Virus record (IMG/VR): IMGVR_UViG_3300021197_001602
Coordinates: 1 to 64,000 of that record
Strand: one strand, 5' to 3'
Source: a virus
DNA length: 64,000 bases
The notes beneath the pieces were generated by a model. The model had not been told where the DNA came from and did not search any database. It saw only the letters and a program-made list of their open reading frames with translations. The translations under genes were made by a program, and so were the position numbers. Each line of letters starts with the position of its first letter. Position 1 is the stretch's first letter. This document shows, one piece after another, positions 10,603 through 18,950 of this stretch.

Positions 10603-11163
10603 ATGGCATTTTGGTCAGACGCAAGAGAAGGGGTTCGAGACCCTAAGAGACAGTTCCGTTGGGTTTTACGCAACAATCATATTCCTGTCTTCACGCTAAA
10701 GAAGGTTTCAAAGCCCAGCTTTACTGTGCAGGAATCAACACATAAATATATTAATCACACTTATTACTACCCAGGTCGTGTAGAGTGGAATACCATTTCC
10801 ATGACACTTGCTGATGCAGTTGACCCTGATGGGGCAGCTACAATGGTTGACATTATTAAGCAAGGTGGTTACACTCCAGCCACGAGCGCAAACGACTTGA
10901 CAACCATGTCGAAGTCAAAGGCAACCACTGCATTGGGTCGTATTGAGATTCAGCAGCTTGACGCCGATGGCAACGCCGTAGAAACTTGGGTTCTTTGGAA
11001 CGCTTGGATTAAGGATGTTAAGTTCGGTGACCTCGATTATGATGGTGATGACTTGACTGATATTGAAATCGAGCTTCGTTATGACTGGGCTTACCTCGAA
11101 ACCGCTGAAGATTCGGCTGCTGGTGGAGGGAAGAAATTCTGGGCTCCAGGTAGCGGTTCTTAA
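10603..11163 (+). CDS. Tail tube protein (T4 gp19-like)
   Basis: PKRQFRW, Y.PGRVEW.TI, E.W.L.NAW...V.FGDLDY, L.YDWA; follows the sheath gene. Confidence 0.9.
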   Translation: MAFWSDAREGVRDPKRQFRWVLRNNHIPVFTLKKVSKPSFTVQESTHKYINHTYYYPGRVEWNTISMTLADAVDPDGAATMVDIIKQGGYTPATSANDLTTMSKSKATTALGRIEIQQLDADGNAVETWVLWNAWIKDVKFGDLDYDGDDLTDIEIELRYDWAYLETAEDSAAGGGKKFWAPGSGS

Positions 11164-11181
11164 TAAAAAAGTAAAAAACTC

Positions 11182-11210
11182 TTTACACTTATCATAAAAT
11201 GATGTATAGT
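11182..11210 (+). promoter_or_regulatory. Sigma70-like promoter TTTACA-N17-TATAGT
   Basis: Consensus match with 17-bp spacer in the intergenic region. Confidence 0.45.
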
Positions 11211-11244
11211 ATAATCACCATGTTAGAAATAATGTGGTGATTGT
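11211..11244 (+). terminator. Long GAAA-tetraloop hairpin (probable terminator or processing site)
   Basis: ATAATCACCATGTTA-GAAA-TAATGTGGTGATTGT followed by ATGTTTT. Confidence 0.55.
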
Positions 11245-11284
11245 ATGTTTTGTTCACTAAACTACTTACGAAAAGAGGTGAAAA

Positions 11285-12145
11285 ATGAGTAGAAATGAAG
11301 AGCGGCTTGGAGGAAGTAAAGTTAGTAATACTTCGCCAACCGCAGCAGTTGCTAGCGCATCTGCATCGTCCCCTGCCCCTTTGGAATTTGTTCGACCAAC
11401 ATCGCTAGTCTCCCTGCCATCTGGCGGACGATTCTATCCAGAAGGGCATCCACTACACGGCGTTTCCGAGGTTGAAGTTCGTCACATGACGACAGCCGAA
11501 GAAGATATTCTTACAAGCCGTGTTCTATTGCGCAAGGGTACTGCGATTGATAAGTTTCTTGAAAGACTTATCACGCTTGATGTTGACCCTAACGATTTGT
11601 TACTAGGTGACAAGTCTGCGCTTATCGTCCAGGCTCGTGTTGACGGATATGGTGCTGAGTATACCACTCAAGTACAATGTCCAGCATGTTCCGCCAGAAT
11701 CAAACATACATTTGACCTCTTTGACCATCAAATAGTCGAGGGCTTAAATGTAGATGAGATTAATGGTGTAGCTGCAACTGACCGCAATACTTTTATTATT
11801 TCAATCGATAATGGTTGGGAAGTAGAAGTAAGAGCGCTCAACGGGCATGACGAGAAGAGAATGTCAAAGGCTATTCAGCAGCGAACTAAGGCTGGTATGA
11901 GTGAGTCTAGCATTCAAGAACAGTTGCGTCAAATGATTGTATCTGTTTCTGGGCACACCGATAGGAGTACCATTAATAAGGCAATCCAGCACATGACTGG
12001 TAAGCATTCACGAATGATTCGTGATGTCTATTCAAAGGTTATTCCTAATGTTGACCTAAAGCAAGAGGTAACCTGTGTTGAGTGTCTGACGACATCTGAA
12101 ATGGAGGTGCCGCTCACAAGCGACTTTTTTTGGCCTAAGTCCTGA
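11285..12145 (+). CDS. Tail assembly chaperone / baseplate hub assembly protein (T4 gp26-like)
   Basis: LPS.G.FY, MT..EEDIL, CPAC...CVEC zinc pairs, ends FFWP; follows the tube gene. Confidence 0.7.
   Translation: MSRNEERLGGSKVSNTSPTAAVASASASSPAPLEFVRPTSLVSLPSGGRFYPEGHPLHGVSEVEVRHMTTAEEDILTSRVLLRKGTAIDKFLERLITLDVDPNDLLLGDKSALIVQARVDGYGAEYTTQVQCPACSARIKHTFDLFDHQIVEGLNVDEINGVAATDRNTFIISIDNGWEVEVRALNGHDEKRMSKAIQQRTKAGMSESSIQEQLRQMIVSVSGHTDRSTINKAIQHMTGKHSRMIRDVYSKVIPNVDLKQEVTCVECLTTSEMEVPLTSDFFWPKS
12122..12133 (+). other. Putative programmed frameshift site GAC TTT TTT TGG (+1/-2)
   Basis: A U7 run at the end of the chaperone ORF. The +1 frame reads FFGLSPEY into ORF 12150 with no stop. Confidence 0.55.
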
Positions 12146-12149
12146 GTAT

Positions 12150-12371
12150 ATGGAGAGCGTCTATGAGGTGTTCTTCTTTTTAAAATACTACGGCGGCTGG
12201 AGTTTCTTTGAAGCTTATAATTTACCAGTCGGGTTGAGAAAATGGTTTGCAGAGCGGTTATCACAACAGCTTAAGAAAGAGTCAGACTCAATGAATGGAA
12301 AGGGTGGTTCAACACCATCTAAACCTTCCATGCCATCAAGACCTTCTATGCCTTCGATGAGAAAGCCGTAG
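12150..12371 (+). CDS. Tail chaperone C-terminal extension (gp51/gpT-like), probably made as a frameshift fusion
   Basis: F.LKYYGGWSF.EAYNLP..LR.WF motif; no clear RBS of its own. Confidence 0.6.
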   Translation: MESVYEVFFFLKYYGGWSFFEAYNLPVGLRKWFAERLSQQLKKESDSMNGKGGSTPSKPSMPSRPSMPSMRKP

Positions 12372-12383
12372 AAGGCACTAAAA

Positions 12384-12409
12384 GCCACGGAGAAATCCGT
12401 GGTTTTTTT
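12384..12409 (+). terminator. Rho-independent terminator
   Basis: GCCACGGA-GAAA-TCCGTGGT followed by a T run. Confidence 0.85.
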
Positions 12410-12477
12410 CTTTATTTTGACAGTAAACGAAGATTTGGCTTTATTCCTCCATAGTTAATAATAGGAGGTAGAGATGA

Positions 12478-13467
12478 ATGCAACTAAATTATATAGTTTG
12501 TGCTCTCTTTGCCGCTCTATTGGGAGGGTGTAGTCCAGATTACTCTATTATAGGTGGCGGCAAAACAGAGACAGAAACAGTTTATGTGGAAGTGGAGGTG
12601 CCAGTCTATATTGAGACAGAAGTCCCCCAAGACGCAGGTTTAATATGGGTGGACTCTTTTGTTCAACCCAAGTCAGTGGAAGGTGTGGACATATTGTGGG
12701 TTATTGATACTTCAGGTTCAATGAACTCATATGATGCAGCTTTGATGAGTGGGCTCGAAGCAATGCTTCTTGCACTGCCGCCATCAGGGTGGAGGTTGGC
12801 TATGATGGCTGCTGACCCCGACGATGCAGGGTCTGAGAGTCAATTCCCGCTTGTCCCAGGTGATGGGATAGCAGAAGCAATGGCAATGTATGCTGCAATG
12901 AGCCGAGGACACTTCGAACAAGGGTTCGATTCGGTATATGAATATATTATGAACAATCCTTATTCCGCTACATGGATGAGGTCTGATGCTGCATTGCTTG
13001 TGGTATTCGTTTCCGACGAGGAAGAACAGTCAGAAACTTATTTCCCAGTGGTGCAAGATTTTATTAATTGGTATTCTTCTTTGCGTGGAGGTTCAGTGTT
13101 TATATCCAGTATTATAAACTTTGCAGAGCCAGATTCAGTCTGTGATAGACCTCCCAGCATAATTGATGTTGGAGATAGGTATATCGAGGCTACAGACCAC
13201 TTTGCAGGCATCAAGGTCGATATCTGTGCCGAGGACTGGTCTAGCGGCGTAACGGACGCCTCAGCGCAAGTGGAGCCCTATAAATCGATAGAGCTAACTT
13301 ATCAGGCTATACCTGATTCTGTGAGAGTCTTTGTCGATGGTGAACTTTATGAAGATTGGCATTATGTGGATTTCGAAAACACAGTATACTTTGATATCAT
13401 ACCCGAGGGAGACAAGTTGGTTGAAGTTGGGTATAGATATTATGAAGAGACTGATACGGGAGCATGA
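12478..13467 (+). CDS. vWA-domain lipoprotein
   Basis: Lipobox LLGGC after a hydrophobic segment; MIDAS motif VDILWVIDTSGSM; VVFVSDEEEQS. Confidence 0.8.
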   Translation: MQLNYIVCALFAALLGGCSPDYSIIGGGKTETETVYVEVEVPVYIETEVPQDAGLIWVDSFVQPKSVEGVDILWVIDTSGSMNSYDAALMSGLEAMLLALPPSGWRLAMMAADPDDAGSESQFPLVPGDGIAEAMAMYAAMSRGHFEQGFDSVYEYIMNNPYSATWMRSDAALLVVFVSDEEEQSETYFPVVQDFINWYSSLRGGSVFISSIINFAEPDSVCDRPPSIIDVGDRYIEATDHFAGIKVDICAEDWSSGVTDASAQVEPYKSIELTYQAIPDSVRVFVDGELYEDWHYVDFENTVYFDIIPEGDKLVEVGYRYYEETDTGA

Positions 13468-13545
13468 ATATAATGTTTGTTCGTGCTAATTATTTAAATT
13501 TATCTGTCAAAGGAGACGAGAATAGTATTATGGGGGAACAAGAAG

Positions 13546-13728
13546 ATGGACCGATATGTACAGTCAAAAAGAAAACTTGTTCTCCTCAGAATGAGAATAA
13601 AGAAAGCTGAAGAGAGAAGAAGATTGGAAGAACTGGCAAGGATAGCTAGAAGAAGACTTCTTAAGAAAATATCAATTTGCTTTCTTGTAACTGCTAGCGC
13701 CCTAGTGGTTGGTTATTTATGTTATTAA
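13546..13728 (+). CDS. Small basic protein with a C-terminal TM helix
   Basis: ORF with GGGGG RBS; Arg/Lys-rich, then a hydrophobic tail. Confidence 0.55.
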   Translation: MDRYVQSKRKLVLLRMRIKKAEERRRLEELARIARRRLLKKISICFLVTASALVVGYLCY

Positions 13729-13744
13729 CAAGGGGGGTTTATGG

Positions 13745-13957
13745 GTGATAAAATCAAAAGAAGAGCTTAAGGAATATCTTAAGAAAAAAATGAATGTTGA
13801 GGATGAAGCTGAGTTGGACCGTATTGCGGAGACTCTTATTAGTATAATGAATAATAAAAAAGCTTCCAGACCGAATACCAGCAGAATTTGGAAAAAAGAA
13901 GAACTAGAAGAGCAGGGGATTGAGGTCAAGCCAGTAAAGTGGAAGAAGTTAGATTGA
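13745..13957 (+). CDS. Hypothetical protein
   Basis: GTG start after AGGGGGG, in frame with ORF 13709. Confidence 0.5.
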   Translation: MIKSKEELKEYLKKKMNVEDEAELDRIAETLISIMNNKKASRPNTSRIWKKEELEEQGIEVKPVKWKKLD

Positions 13958-13979
13958 GGTAGCTAATTTCCCTTTCCAA

Positions 13980-13989
13980 ACTATTTATA
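13980..13989 (+). promoter_or_regulatory. Putative late-promoter motif ACTATTTATA
   Basis: Recurrent motif upstream of the tape-measure operon. Confidence 0.6.
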
Positions 13990-14023
13990 ATGAAGCTACA
14001 GCACTATAGACGGAGATTGTCTG

Positions 14024-14368
14024 ATGAATGAGAATGAAAGAGAAAACCAACGAGAAATGGTACTTGACCTTGGAGCCAGCCGAAGAGGAGAACTGAATGA
14101 GTTCGTCTTGCGGATGATGGGCGGAGCCATTAAGATGCTACTCAGAAGAATGTTTGGGGATGATACCGCCATTCCTGTCAAAGTCAAGGGCAATAAAAAA
14201 GAAATCTCTGCTTTTGCCAAGGCAATCGGCAAAGAAAAGAAATATATGAAGAGTGCTGCCAAATATGGGCTAAATAACCCAAAGACTTATAAGGATAAAT
14301 ATTCTTTAAGAAAAGCTACATCAAAATTTGAGAGAGCAACAGGCATAAAATGGCCATTCAAGGGCTGA
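14024..14368 (+). CDS. Hypothetical basic protein preceding the tape measure gene
   Basis: GGAG RBS, late motif upstream. Confidence 0.65.
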   Translation: MNENERENQREMVLDLGASRRGELNEFVLRMMGGAIKMLLRRMFGDDTAIPVKVKGNKKEISAFAKAIGKEKKYMKSAAKYGLNNPKTYKDKYSLRKATSKFERATGIKWPFKG

Positions 14369-14401
14369 GCCTTGCCTGTCCTGTAGGGAGACTCTAGCTA
14401 G

Positions 14402-17400
14402 ATGGCTGATAAGATAACACCAGAACAATTAGCGGCAGCAGACCAGCTAAATCAAAAGCTTCGTGACGGTGAAGTCAATGCGCAGCAGTACGCCGAAGCA
14501 TTGAAAGAAGCTGGTCTTGAACTGGCAAATCAAATTAACTTGATTGACCAGAAGATTGCAAAACTATCTCAGTTAAACGCAACTCAAGATGAGGGCACCG
14601 CCATCGGCGAGCGCCTGACAGAGCTTGAATCTCAGCGCAATGACCTTGTGGCGGGCGGCGAAGCGGGTCGCAAGCAAGCCATCAAGGACCATCTTGCACA
14701 GAAGAAAGCCCAAGAAGAACTAAATGTAGCAATAAATTCAGGCTTCACATCCATGCGCAGCTTCATCCAGTCCATTGCCGATGGCGAAGACATCATGGGT
14801 TCCTTGGCAGACAAAGCCAGTGCATTGGGCAAAGAATTGCTCGGCGATTTCATGATATCTTGGTCGGCAGCAGCCCTGAAAGGTTTTGCGAACGCAGACA
14901 AGCTGACAACAGAATTTAATAAATTAACAGGCACAACGGGTGCCATGAATGATGTCATTCTTAATGCTGCTGGCGGTATGAGTTCCGTAGGTGTCAGCAC
15001 TGAGATGGCAGCCGCTTCTGCATCAGAGCTTTATCAACAGTTTAATCAGTTCTCCAGCGCCAATGCTGAACTTCAGACAGACATGATTCAGACAACTGCG
15101 TCATTGGAAAACCTTGGTGTTGCTTCGGCAACAACCGCACAAAATATCGACTTAGCCACGAATGCATTTGGAATGGGTGTCGGAGAAGCCACGCAATTGC
15201 AAGATGAGATGGCAAAGACTGCGATGGCAATTGGTATGCCTCCTGCCCAACTCGCTCAAGAGTTTGGAAAAGCCGCACCGCAGCTTTCTGCTTATGGCAA
15301 AGAGGGTATTAAGGTATTTAAAAACATGGCAGCGGCATCAAAGGGGTTGGGCATCGAAATGGGCACCCTCCTTGGGTTGACCGAACAATTTGATACTTTC
15401 GAGGGTGCAGCATCAGCAGCAGGTAGTTTGAATGCCATACTGGGTGGTGACTTGCTCAACTCAATGGATATGCTTAACGCAACCGAGGACCAGAGAATTA
15501 GAATGATTCTTGAAGGTGTTGAGGCGTCTGGTAAATCTTGGTCTGCCATGGGTAAGTTCGAGAGAAAAGCCCTCGCCAACGCTGCTGGCATCACAGACAT
15601 GGCAGAGGCAAATAAATTATTCGGCGGAGGTCTTGGAGCCTTCGATGACGCACAATCCAAGATGGCAGAAAATGCCAAAACCGAAAAAGAGTTAGCAGCC
15701 GCAAAAGCAGCTTCAGTTTCAGTAACAGAAAAGCTAAGTTTAATGTTCGACAAGATGACGGCAGCAATGGCTCCCGTCGTTAGTGTAGCTCACGGTATGA
15801 TGAATGTCCTTCTTGCCGTGAACGACGCAACGGGCGGCTGGCTAGTTCCCACCATAGGGGCACTTGTCGCCATATTTATTGTTGGCTCAAAGGCGCTCGG
15901 AACCTACAACGCCATCATGACGGCAATGGCTATGCGCAAGGGTGTGCTGGCAGGTGCAACAGTGGGACTTGCAGCAGCGCAGGGCGGTCAGGCAGCAGCA
16001 CAGACCACAGTTGCCGCAACATCAATCCCAGCAGCAGCAGGAACGACAGCAATCGGCGGAGCATCAATGGCAGCAGCCCCAGGCGTCGCAGCATTGGCTT
16101 TGGGCTTGGGTATGTTGGCACTGGGTATCGGATTAATTGCTGGTTCGATTGCAGGAATCGTATGGGCATTCGTTACCTTAATTGGAATGTTCATGGAAGC
16201 TCCTATGGCAGCAGTTCAAGCAGCAGGTGCCTTTATAGTCATGGGCGTAGCCGTTGCAGGCTTAGCTATGATATTCGCAGCACTTCTTCCAATAGCACCG
16301 ATGGCGATGGCAGCAATGATTATGCTGGGCATTGGTATGATGTTTTTATCTGTTCCGATGCTTCTGTTAGCAGGCTCGTTTGCAATCTTCGCAATGGCTC
16401 TAAGTTTGCTTCCAGGCGGAGCAGCAGTTGCATTGGCGTCCCTTGGTTTAGCGATGATTCCGTTTGCATTCTCACTTCTTGCAGCCGCACCAGCAATGTT
16501 CTTGGCAGCGCTGCTATTTGGACCATCAGCACTTGTAATCGGCACAGCACTTATGTTCTTGGGCATAGGAGTAAGTCTTTTGTCGAAGTATTCTTCCAGC
16601 CTGCCAACAATGGGCGAGAACCTAAGAGTATTCGCAGTTGGTCTCCGTGGTGCTTCGTGGAGGATGTTCTTAGCGGCAATCTTCTTTGCACCAGCAGCAC
16701 TAATCTTGGGCGTAGCGCTAATGGCGTTGGGCACAGGTATCGGAATGATGGTGAAGCACCGAAGAAGTATGAAAACTCTAGGGAAGAACTTGCCAGAGTT
16801 CGCAGCGGGTCTCTTGCTTGCAGCCCCAGGGCTGATGGCAGCAGGTCTGATGCTTGGCGCAGCAGCCTTACCATTCCTGATGGGTGCGATTGGAATAACG
16901 CTCGGCATGATGGTGATGTCGATGATTCCAGCAGAACAGGTCTTGATAGTCAGTGAGCAATTGGCTCTGGCAATGCCGTTTTTGATGGAAATAGCATTGG
17001 GGTTGATGGCAGCCTCACCTATCTTATTTGTTGCGAGTATATGGTTCTTCTTTGCCTCAATGTTGTTGGCTATTGCAGCGCCAATGTTTTTATTCGCAGC
17101 CGTTTTTATTGCATTCGGAATGTCAATATTAAATGAGCCTCTCCGCCAATTCACGATGACGATGCTGATGATGGCACCCATTGTACCTCAGTTGTTTGCA
17201 ATTGCAGCAGCGCTTGTTGTATTAGGGTTCGCATTGCCAGTCTTTGGCTTTGGGTTGTTCCTCTTGGGACTCTTTGCTTCTCTGCCCTTTGTCGGAACTG
17301 GTCTTGATGTTATGTCATCGGCACTTTATATCTTTGCGGATGCAGTAAGTGGAATACCAACAGAGAAGGCTATCGCACTCGGTCAGATATTTGGTGGACT

Positions 17401-17842
17401 TGCAGCTATGACCGACCTTGAAGGTATCGGCGATGCACTCTATGACCTCTCCATGGGGCTCATGTGGCTATCGATAGCATTGAATAAAATGCCAGAAGAA
17501 GCCATGGTCAAAATGGGGGTTGTCTTCGAGAAGGGCATGGCACCGATGGGTGAGTTTGCTAAGAACATGACACCTGAAGTTGCAATGTCAGCAGGAAACT
17601 TGGTTGACGAAGCCGAAAGATATGTCGAGGTTCAAGCGAATATGAAATCCACCAAGGACGACGCCTTTGCTCAAATGGTCACTGCATCTGCAAAAGCTTC
17701 ACAGGCGAGAGCCGACGCAGACAAGGCTTCCGCAGAATCAGGTGGTGGTGGACAAGATGTTGTGCTCGTTCTCAATGAGAGAGAATTGGGAAGAGCAGTT
17801 GAAGCTATATTGAACAAGAGAGTAAACTTGAGCGTTAGCTAA
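14402..17842 (+). CDS. Tape measure protein
   Basis: 1146 aa, Ala/Gly-rich and helical with long hydrophobic stretches; lies between tube/chaperone and baseplate genes. Confidence 0.85.
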   Translation: MADKITPEQLAAADQLNQKLRDGEVNAQQYAEALKEAGLELANQINLIDQKIAKLSQLNATQDEGTAIGERLTELESQRNDLVAGGEAGRKQAIKDHLAQKKAQEELNVAINSGFTSMRSFIQSIADGEDIMGSLADKASALGKELLGDFMISWSAAALKGFANADKLTTEFNKLTGTTGAMNDVILNAAGGMSSVGVSTEMAAASASELYQQFNQFSSANAELQTDMIQTTASLENLGVASATTAQNIDLATNAFGMGVGEATQLQDEMAKTAMAIGMPPAQLAQEFGKAAPQLSAYGKEGIKVFKNMAAASKGLGIEMGTLLGLTEQFDTFEGAASAAGSLNAILGGDLLNSMDMLNATEDQRIRMILEGVEASGKSWSAMGKFERKALANAAGITDMAEANKLFGGGLGAFDDAQSKMAENAKTEKELAAAKAASVSVTEKLSLMFDKMTAAMAPVVSVAHGMMNVLLAVNDATGGWLVPTIGALVAIFIVGSKALGTYNAIMTAMAMRKGVLAGATVGLAAAQGGQAAAQTTVAATSIPAAAGTTAIGGASMAAAPGVAALALGLGMLALGIGLIAGSIAGIVWAFVTLIGMFMEAPMAAVQAAGAFIVMGVAVAGLAMIFAALLPIAPMAMAAMIMLGIGMMFLSVPMLLLAGSFAIFAMALSLLPGGAAVALASLGLAMIPFAFSLLAAAPAMFLAALLFGPSALVIGTALMFLGIGVSLLSKYSSSLPTMGENLRVFAVGLRGASWRMFLAAIFFAPAALILGVALMALGTGIGMMVKHRRSMKTLGKNLPEFAAGLLLAAPGLMAAGLMLGAAALPFLMGAIGITLGMMVMSMIPAEQVLIVSEQLALAMPFLMEIALGLMAASPILFVASIWFFFASMLLAIAAPMFLFAAVFIAFGMSILNEPLRQFTMTMLMMAPIVPQLFAIAAALVVLGFALPVFGFGLFLLGLFASLPFVGTGLDVMSSALYIFADAVSGIPTEKAIALGQIFGGLAAMTDLEGIGDALYDLSMGLMWLSIALNKMPEEAMVKMGVVFEKGMAPMGEFAKNMTPEVAMSAGNLVDEAERYVEVQANMKSTKDDAFAQMVTASAKASQARADADKASAESGGGGQDVVLVLNERELGRAVEAILNKRVNLSVS

Positions 17843-17868
17843 TTAGGTATATGGGAGAGAATAAATAA

Positions 17869-18603
17869 ATGGCTACATTTAAAAGCGGAATGTCAGGCGA
17901 CGCCTCGGACTTGTTGGCGAACGATAAAAGGTTGATTATTGATATTTTTCATATTCCAACAAAAACATCCGTCCAGTTCAAGGCTTTTGTGACATCTTAT
18001 CAGGATAAGTTCGAGTCCGAGTATAACTCAGAAGAAGTTTATGGTCGAATGGACCCAATCCAGACCTTTAAGGGAACAAAAAGAACAATATCTTTGGGCT
18101 GGGAGGTTATCTCAGCCTCAGAAGAGGAAGCGGTCACAAATTTGGAGCGATGCACTACTTTGTTTTCAATGTTATACCCAACATATTCTGAAACGGGAGC
18201 TTCAGTCGCAACAACCATTGCGGCAGGACCAATCTTTAGGCTAAAGTTTGCAAACTTAATTCAAGATGTAAGCTCTGGTGCCTCTGGGGCTTCTTCGGCG
18301 GAATCAAATGGTCTTGTCGGGACCATAGGTGGATTCACATACGAACCAGACTTCGATTCAGGCTTCTTTGACGCTGGCATTGGTACGCTATATCCACAGA
18401 CAATTAAATTGTCTTGTGATTATACTGTAAACCACACCCACGGCTTGGGTTGGGCAAACGGCACCAAGAGAACAAAAAACTTTCCTTATAACCAAGCAGG
18501 GGAAACAGGCACCCCAGCAGGAACAGAGACTGGTGACAAGCCAACCACCGCTGACCCCGTGGAAGCAGAAACCGCTGGCATTGAAACAACTGGGGGTGGA
18601 TGA
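17869..18603 (+). CDS. Baseplate tube-initiator protein (gp48/gp54-like)
   Basis: F.AF.TSY.D.F...Y....VYGRMDPI.TF..T.R.ISL pattern; follows the tape measure gene. Confidence 0.6.
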   Translation: MATFKSGMSGDASDLLANDKRLIIDIFHIPTKTSVQFKAFVTSYQDKFESEYNSEEVYGRMDPIQTFKGTKRTISLGWEVISASEEEAVTNLERCTTLFSMLYPTYSETGASVATTIAAGPIFRLKFANLIQDVSSGASGASSAESNGLVGTIGGFTYEPDFDSGFFDAGIGTLYPQTIKLSCDYTVNHTHGLGWANGTKRTKNFPYNQAGETGTPAGTETGDKPTTADPVEAETAGIETTGGG

Positions 18604-18944
18604 TGAGTAAAAGATATGATAACAGCGCACCTCTGGAAAACTCTGAAGAGATTTACCAAGACGCTTTCGAGGCTCGTGGAATAAAAAAAGTCCGACAGTT
18701 TGGTACGGCAAAGCTCCGTCATCCAACCGCCCTTGAGAGAACCAATCTTGAGCGAGTCGGTCATGTTTGGAAGGTTGGAGATAGATTTTTTAAACTAGCT
18801 CACAAATATTATGGAGATTCAGCTTACTGGTGGGTCATTGCATGGTATAATAAAAAACCCACTGAGTCTCATGTTGAGCTTGGAGAAGTTATTAAAGTTC
18901 CACTTCCCTTATATAGGGTTTTGGAATATTTGAGATACGAGTAG
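18600..18944 (+). CDS. LysM-like baseplate wedge protein (gp53/P2 gpX-like)
   Basis: HVWKVGDRFFKLAHKYYGD..YWWVIA.YN...G..I.VP. Confidence 0.8.
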   Translation: MMSKRYDNSAPLENSEEIYQDAFEARGIKKVRQFGTAKLRHPTALERTNLERVGHVWKVGDRFFKLAHKYYGDSAYWWVIAWYNKKPTESHVELGEVIKVPLPLYRVLEYLRYE

Positions 18945-18950
18945 GATGCA

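Noticed and set aside
10628-10645. GGGTTCGAGACCC, resembling a tRNA T-arm
   Set aside because: Lies inside the tail tube CDS and no cloverleaf can be built around it
16162-17181. Long alternative ORFs over the tape measure gene (264 aa on +, 321 aa on -)
   Set aside because: Shadows of the GCA/ATG-rich hydrophobic coding; no RBS and low-complexity translations
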